19,910 nt of DNA, taken from the NCBI GenBank assembly GCA_041497895.1, contig JBGQHJ010000093.1, positions 1 through 19,910 of the forward strand. The letters run 5' to 3'. The stretch is from Candidatus Methylomirabilia bacterium. GTDB taxonomy: Bacteria > Methylomirabilota > Methylomirabilia > Rokubacteriales > CSP1-6. Both the position numbers and the translations under genes were made by a program. Position 1 is the stretch's first letter, and each line of letters starts with the position of its first letter. Below the pieces are notes generated by a model. It searched no databases. It had not been told where the DNA came from and saw only the letters and a program-made list of their open reading frames with translations. Positions 15,094-19,910 of the stretch are shown here, piece by piece.

Positions 15094-15851
15094 CCCTGGC
15101 CGAGCGGGCGCTCTGGGCCGCCCTCTGCACGCCCGCTCTGGCCGTGCTGGGCGCGGTGTTCCTGTGGCCGCTCGGGGCCTCGGTGGTCGCGAGCTTCTCG
15201 CGGGACGGCCAGTGGACGCTCGGCAACTACGGCACCGTCGCGCGGCTCTACGCGCGAGACGTGGCCTACACCATCGGGGTGGCCGCGGCCGGCACCGCGC
15301 TCACGTTCCTGGTCGCGATCCCGGTGTGCGGCTGGCTCCGCGTCCGCGCCTACGGGCCGATCGAGTTTCTCCTGAAGGTCCCGCTCTTCGTGCCGTTCGT
15401 GGTGGTGGGCCACGCGCTGCGGGTGTTCTGGAGCCCGTACGTGCCGTCGTTCTCCTCGTCGTGGGCCGGCATCGCGGCCGCGCTGGCCTGGAAGCACCTC
15501 GGGCTCGCCGCGCTCCTGCTGCTGGGTGCCTTCCGCGGCACCGACGACTCCTACCTCGAGGCGGCCCGCCAGCTCGGCGCCACCACCGGCCGGCTCACCC
15601 GCGACATCCTGGTGCCGATGGCCGGCCCGGCGCTGGCCGTCACCGGCATCCTGATCTTCTCGTCCATGCTCGCCTCGTTCTCGATCCCGCTCATGATGGG
15701 GCGGGGCGGCGGCCCCCAGATGCTGATGATCGACGTCTACTACCGCTACGGTCAGCACGGCGACTTCGCCACCGCCTCCGCCCTCGGCGTGGTCGCCTAC
15801 CTGCTGGCCATGGGCGCGGCGCTGGTGTACGTGCGCCGGCTGACCCGCTAG
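15090..15851 (+). CDS. ABC transporter permease (PotB-like), probable CTG start
   Basis: C-terminal part of ORF 14211..15851. 'TLGNY', 'VPLFVPFVV', EAA loop 'DDSYLEAARQLGAT', 'MLASFSIPLMMG', 'ASALG'. The only start-like codon at the junction is CTG 15090; first GTG is at 15144. Confidence 0.85.
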   Translation: MTLAERALWAALCTPALAVLGAVFLWPLGASVVASFSRDGQWTLGNYGTVARLYARDVAYTIGVAAAGTALTFLVAIPVCGWLRVRAYGPIEFLLKVPLFVPFVVVGHALRVFWSPYVPSFSSSWAGIAAALAWKHLGLAALLLLGAFRGTDDSYLEAARQLGATTGRLTRDILVPMAGPALAVTGILIFSSMLASFSIPLMMGRGGGPQMLMIDVYYRYGQHGDFATASALGVVAYLLAMGAALVYVRRLTR

Positions 15852-15855
15852 CGCC

Positions 15856-16671
15856 GTGGTCGAGGCTCCCCGCTCCATCGGGGCGATGGCCGCACGCGCG
15901 GGGGCGCTGGCGGTGGCCGCGTTCCTGATCCTGGGCCCGCTGCTGAGCCTGGGCGTCTGGTCGCTCGCGGAGCGCTGGACCTATCCGAGCCCGTGGCCGC
16001 AGCGCTTCGGCCTGCGCTACTGGTCGCGCATGCTCTCGGGCGACTTCCTCGAGCCGCTCCGCACCGGGCTGATCGTGGCGGTCGTCGTCACCCTGCTGGC
16101 CCTGCTCTTCGCGGTGCCGCTCGGCTACGCGCTGGCCCGGCTGCGCTTCGCGGGGCGCACCCCGATCCTGCTCGCCTTCCTGCTGCCGCAGGCCTTCCCG
16201 CAGCTGCCGGTCTTCGCGAGCGCCACCCGGGAATTCTACCGCTTCGGCCTGGCCGGGACGATGACCGGGGTGGTGCTCGTGCACCTGGTGGGCGGCCTGG
16301 TCTTCGCGGTGTGGACGATGACCGCGGTGTTCCGCGCCATCGCCCCGGAGCTGGAGGAGGCGGCCCACAACCTGGGCGCCTCGGTGACGCGGACCTTCGT
16401 GAGCGTCTCGCTCCCGCTCGCGGTGCCCGGCCTCGTGGCCAGCGCGCTGCTGGTCTTCCTCTACTCCCTCGACGAGTTCACCGGGACCCTGCTGGTGGGC
16501 GCCCCGTTCGTCACCACGCTACCGGTCTACATGTACACCGCCAGCGTGGGCTACGAGCTGCAGATCGCCTCCGTGACCGCGATCGTGCTGATGGTGCCGG
16601 GCGCGCTCCTGCTCCTCCTGCTCGAGCGCGTGCTCAAGGCCGACTACCTCGTCTTCTTCGGCCAGGTCTGA
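15856..16671 (+). CDS. ABC transporter permease (PotC-like)
   Basis: 'WSLAERWTYPSPWP', 'GYALARLRFAGR', EAA loop 'APELEEAAHNLGAS', 'FLYSLDEF', 'TTLPVYMY'. Confidence 0.92.
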   Translation: MVEAPRSIGAMAARAGALAVAAFLILGPLLSLGVWSLAERWTYPSPWPQRFGLRYWSRMLSGDFLEPLRTGLIVAVVVTLLALLFAVPLGYALARLRFAGRTPILLAFLLPQAFPQLPVFASATREFYRFGLAGTMTGVVLVHLVGGLVFAVWTMTAVFRAIAPELEEAAHNLGASVTRTFVSVSLPLAVPGLVASALLVFLYSLDEFTGTLLVGAPFVTTLPVYMYTASVGYELQIASVTAIVLMVPGALLLLLLERVLKADYLVFFGQV

Positions 16672-16674
16672 TCC

Positions 16675-16711
16675 CCCTCTCCCCTCAGGGGAGAGGGCAG
16701 GGTGAGGGGCG
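16675..16711 (-). repeat. BoxC-like intergenic palindromic repeat, copy 2
   Basis: Minus strand CGCCCCTCACCCTGCCCTCTCCCC-tga-GGGGAGAGGG between convergent genes. Matches 6252-6290 except for the loop. Confidence 0.85.
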
Positions 16712-16728
16712 TATTGGTGAGGGGTGGT

Positions 16729-17283
16729 TCAGGCTTTGAGCTTCTTCGTCCAGGCCACCAGCTCCGCGAGCAGCTTCCGGATCAGGTCGCGCGACGTCTC
16801 GTCGGTCAGCTCGCCGCGCTCGTTGAAGCGCTGCGCGGCGTTGGCGATCAGCACCTCCGGCTGGTTGACCGGATACATGTTGAGGAACACGAAGCACTGG
16901 CGCAGGTGGTACTGGGCCCGCGCGCTCCAGAGGATGCCCACCGAGGCGCCCATGACCGCGACCGGCTTGCCCTGCCACGCGCTGTCCCCGTACGGCCGCG
17001 ACGCCCAGTCGATCGCGTTCTTGAGCGCGCCGGGTATCGAGTAGTTGTACTCGGGGGTGGCGAACAGGATCGCGTCGGCGGCGCGGACGCGCGCCTTCAG
17101 CTCGACCACCCGGGCCGGCGGCTGCTTGTCGAGGTCCTGGTTGTAGACCGGGATGCCCTCCAGCTCGAAGATGTCGAGCGACGCGCCGGCGGGCAGCAGA
17201 GACTGCGCCGCGATGAGCGCCGAGCGGTTGAACGACGCCTTGCGGAGGCTTCCGGGGATGCCGAGGATCTTGAGGTCGGGCAC
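16729..17283 (-). CDS. NAD(P)H-dependent FMN reductase (ChrR/YieF-like flavodoxin fold)
   Basis: GTG 17283 with AGGAG RBS. 'GSLRKASFN', signature 'LFATPEYNYSIPGALKNAIDWASR', 'GKPVAVMGAS', 'ARAQYHLRQ'. Confidence 0.93.
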   Translation of the reverse strand: MPDLKILGIPGSLRKASFNRSALIAAQSLLPAGASLDIFELEGIPVYNQDLDKQPPARVVELKARVRAADAILFATPEYNYSIPGALKNAIDWASRPYGDSAWQGKPVAVMGASVGILWSARAQYHLRQCFVFLNMYPVNQPEVLIANAAQRFNERGELTDETSRDLIRKLLAELVAWTKKLKA

Positions 17284-17308
17284 GACGTCGTCTCCTGACC
17301 GGTGAGCG

Positions 17309-18358
17309 CTAGAAGCTCGTGAAGACACCCTTGCCGGTGGTCTGGGTGTCGAACCGCTTGTAGGCCTCGGCCGCCTGGCCGAGGCTGAAATGCTCGGTGA
17401 GGAGCCGCGCGAGGGGAATCTTCCGGTCCGCCACGAACCGCGCGCACTCCCACTGGCCCATGCTGCTGAAGGTCCACGAGGCCACGAGGGTGAGCTGCTT
17501 GCGGATGAGGCCGCTGCTGATGTCGAAGGTGGTGGCGCCGCCCTCGCCCACGAAGCACATGCGGCCCCACGTGGCCGCGCTCTTCACCGCGGCGACCCGC
17601 GGCTCGGGCAACCCGGTGCAGTCCATGGTGGTCTCGGCGCCCTCTCCGTGCGTCAGCTCGCGGATCGCCTTCACCGGGTCGGTCTCGCGCGAATTCACCA
17701 CCGCGTCGGCGCCCAGCTCGCGGGCCAGGTGGAGCCGCTCACTCGCGATGTCCACCGCGATCACCCGCGCGCCCATCGCGGATCCCAGCATGGTGGCGGA
17801 CAGGCCGACCGGGCCCTGGCCGAAGACGGCCAGGGTGTCGCGCCCCGAGACGTCGAGGCGTTTGAGCGCCCCGTAGGCGGTGCCGGTGCCGCAGGAGACG
17901 GCGGCGCCCTCCTCGAAGGTGAGCTCGTCGGGGAGCGGCACGTTGGTGCGGGCAGGCACCTTCATGTAGCGCGCGTGGGCCCCGTTGCCGGTGACGCCGA
18001 ACACGGTGATGCCACTCGGGCAGAGCTGCGACCACCCGACCCGGCAGTGCTTGCAGCGGCCGCAGCCGGCGTAGTGGTGATTCATCACGCGCTGGCCCAC
18101 CCGGGCCTCCGTCTCGCTCACCCCGGGCCCGACCGCCGCGATGATCCCGCAGGGCTCGTGGCCGGCGATGACCTGCTTGCCGCTGCCGCCCAGCCCCAGG
18201 GACGCCGCCTCGTTGCCGGCCGCGCGGTAGAACTTCAGATCGCTCCCGCACATGCCGGAGGCCTTGATCTCGAGCACCACCTCGCCCGGGCCGGGCGTGG
18301 GGTCGGGGAACTCGCGGATCTCGAGCTGGCGGTTCCCGGTGAACACGATGCCGCGCAT
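17309..18358 (-). CDS. Zinc-dependent medium-chain dehydrogenase (alcohol/threonine/iditol dehydrogenase-like)
   Basis: ATG 18358 with GGAGG RBS. 'CGSD', 'GHEPCG', structural Zn site 'CGRCKHCRVGWSQLC', NAD-binding 'FGQGPVG'. Confidence 0.94.
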   Translation of the reverse strand: MRGIVFTGNRQLEIREFPDPTPGPGEVVLEIKASGMCGSDLKFYRAAGNEAASLGLGGSGKQVIAGHEPCGIIAAVGPGVSETEARVGQRVMNHHYAGCGRCKHCRVGWSQLCPSGITVFGVTGNGAHARYMKVPARTNVPLPDELTFEEGAAVSCGTGTAYGALKRLDVSGRDTLAVFGQGPVGLSATMLGSAMGARVIAVDIASERLHLARELGADAVVNSRETDPVKAIRELTHGEGAETTMDCTGLPEPRVAAVKSAATWGRMCFVGEGGATTFDISSGLIRKQLTLVASWTFSSMGQWECARFVADRKIPLARLLTEHFSLGQAAEAYKRFDTQTTGKGVFTSF

Positions 18359-18464
18359 GGACGCCTCCCGCGACTGCCGTTGTCGTTCGAACCCGGTGTA
18401 GTGTAAAAGATGTGATGGCCCTGGGCCAGACGCACGCATCGCTCACCATCACGGGAGGCGCTCG

Positions 18465-19127
18465 ATGTCCCGGCTCGCTCTGACCCTCGCCCTGACGGCG
18501 GCGCTCGCCGCCGTGGCGTGCGGCCCGCCGCGGGTCGAGCCCCGCACCACCATCGTCGGCGGGCCGCGCGTGCTGTTCGAGGACGACCTGCGCGCTCCCC
18601 GCCACTGGCCGGCGGCCACCGGCTCCATCTGCAAGGCCTCCTACGGCGACGGCGGCTACATCGTCGAGAACATCGCGGCCGCCGCCCCCTGCCTGATCGC
18701 GCCGGTGCAGCCCGAGATCTTCCCGGCCGCGGTGCGCATCGAGGTCTCGGCCCGCCAGCGCAAGGGCACGCGCGAGGGCGCCTTCGGGCTCATGTTCGCG
18801 AGCCGCGGATCCGCCGAGGGGCGCACCTTCGCCACCCTCGGGCTCACCGCCAACGGGACGTACCGGGTGGCGAGCTGGACCGGGAAGTGGGCCTACCCGG
18901 TGCCGCCGACCGCCACCCGGAGCGTCAAGACCGAGTACGGCGCCCTGAACACGCTGGCGGTGGAGCTGCGGGAGAAGAGCATCGTGGCCTACGTCAACGG
19001 CCGGCCGGTGGCGACCGCGGAACTGCCCACGGAGGCCTCCGGCACGCTCGCGCTCTACGTGGACCAGCGGGGCATGGAGGTGGTGTTCAGCCAGCTCCGC
19101 GTGGTCGAGCTGCTGCCCCTGCGCTGA
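18465..19127 (+). CDS. Hypothetical lipoprotein with beta-sandwich (ConA/DUF1080-like) domain
   Basis: GGAGG RBS. Hydrophobic signal ending 'LAAVAC' (lipobox-like). 'LFEDDL...W', 'FGLMF', 'NTLAVE...IVAYVNG', 'GTLALY...VVFSQLRV'. Confidence 0.78.
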   Translation: MSRLALTLALTAALAAVACGPPRVEPRTTIVGGPRVLFEDDLRAPRHWPAATGSICKASYGDGGYIVENIAAAAPCLIAPVQPEIFPAAVRIEVSARQRKGTREGAFGLMFASRGSAEGRTFATLGLTANGTYRVASWTGKWAYPVPPTATRSVKTEYGALNTLAVELREKSIVAYVNGRPVATAELPTEASGTLALYVDQRGMEVVFSQLRVVELLPLR

Positions 19128-19133
19128 TTCGCG

Positions 19134-19910
19134 TCAGGCGCCGGCGCGCTTGAGCGCCAGCTCGATGTGATCGGGGGAGGGCTTGCGGGTGCCCGCGTCG
19201 ATCTCCCGCATGATCTCCACCACCGCCGCCGAGACCGGCGTCGGCACCCCCAGCTCGCGCCCCTTGTCCACCACGCGCCCGTTCATGAAGTCGATCTCGC
19301 TCCGGCGGCCCTTGATCACGTCCTGGGCCATCGAGGCGCGCCAGTTGCGGCCCGACCCCTCCTTGGGCTTGAGCCCGGCGTCGAGCTCGGCGTAGACGTC
19401 GGGGCGGCCGGCCTGGGCCCACTGCTCGGCCTCGCGGCCGTTGAACTTGGGGATGCGGTAGCCCTGCTTGAGGCCGACCGCGGCGGACTCCTGCGCGATG
19501 CGGATGGTGATCTCGCGGCCGCGCGCCTGCGCCGCGATCTCCATGCTGCCGAGCCCGGTCATGGCCTGCACCGGGTTGCCCATGCAGTTGGCGCAGAGCT
19601 TGGACCAGCGCTCGCCCCACAGGTTGTCGGTGGGCCGCGCGCCGTCGACCACGCTCATGATGTCGGCCAGCTCGGTGACCCGCTCGGTGATGCGCCCGTC
19701 GTGCTCGCCCGCGCGGAAGACGTCGTGGCCCGCGCCCTGGCCTCGCTCCATGCCGCGCTCCACCTCGCCCGCCTTCCAGAGCGCGACCCCGATCTTGGAC
19801 ATGATGAGCCCGACCGAGCGCTCCACGCCCGCGATGGAAGCCACGATCGGATCGTTCCAGCAATTCTGGGCCGACACCACGTAGCCCTCCGGCTTGAGGT
19901 GGGGCAGCGC
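19134..19910 (-). CDS. Ketopantoate reductase (2-dehydropantoate 2-reductase, ApbA/PanE) family protein, 5'-truncated by the window edge
   Basis: Frame is open to the window end. 'VVSAQN', 'NLWGERWSKLCANCMGN', 'ASMAQDVIKGRRSEIDFMNG', 'GVPTPV'. Confidence 0.88.
   Translation of the reverse strand, partial: ALPHLKPEGYVVSAQNCWNDPIVASIAGVERSVGLIMSKIGVALWKAGEVERGMERGQGAGHDVFRAGEHDGRITERVTELADIMSVVDGARPTDNLWGERWSKLCANCMGNPVQAMTGLGSMEIAAQARGREITIRIAQESAAVGLKQGYRIPKFNGREAEQWAQAGRPDVYAELDAGLKPKEGSGRNWRASMAQDVIKGRRSEIDFMNGRVVDKGRELGVPTPVSAAVVEIMREIDAGTRKPSPDHIELALKRAGA

Noticed and set aside
12769..18423. Shared 10-mer GATGGCCCTG in two divergent promoter regions (12769-12778 and 18414-18423)
   Set aside because: Non-palindromic with only two copies; a 10-mer match is plausible by chance in 20 kb of GC-rich DNA.
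1..19910. CRISPR array, tRNA/rRNA, IS element or prophage
   Set aside because: No regularly spaced repeats, cloverleaf or rRNA-like tracts, or transposase/integrase/phage motifs were seen. The window is almost fully tiled by metabolic CDSs.

Overview
Very GC-rich, densely coded bacterial chromosomal segment. The gene style is reminiscent of Ca. Rokubacteria/Methylomirabilota, but that is inference only. It carries 25 protein genes of mostly metabolic and transport type. On the minus strand (7941->30): TPP-dependent enzyme, bacterial PH-domain membrane protein, SET-domain protein, DUF1772, thioredoxin-like protein, EamA-like transporter, DUF1801, DUF488, a membrane-anchored helical-repeat protein, methylglyoxal synthase, LLM oxidoreductase and GNAT. 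These are followed by a Gfo/Idh/MocA + TIGR00725 pair, two divergent ABC importer operons, an NAD(P)H-dependent FMN reductase, a Zn-dependent dehydrogenase, a lipoprotein and a 5'-truncated ketopantoate-reductase-like gene. I see no rRNA, tRNA, CRISPR array, transposase or integrase. The most unusual signal is non-coding (2447-2631): a sigma54-type -24/-12 promoter with candidate upstream activator sites, then a ~90-nt leader whose intrinsic terminator ends directly at the RBS of the hypothetical + mgsA operon. This is a candidate undescribed attenuator/antitermination element or sRNA. Other oddities: a SET domain with Trp at the conserved catalytic Tyr position, an SxxC thioredoxin in the same operon, a probable CTG start codon, two probable leaderless genes, a 17-bp tandem repeat in a divergent promoter region and two copies of a BoxC-like palindromic repeat. 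All family calls come from motif recognition by eye, not database searches.
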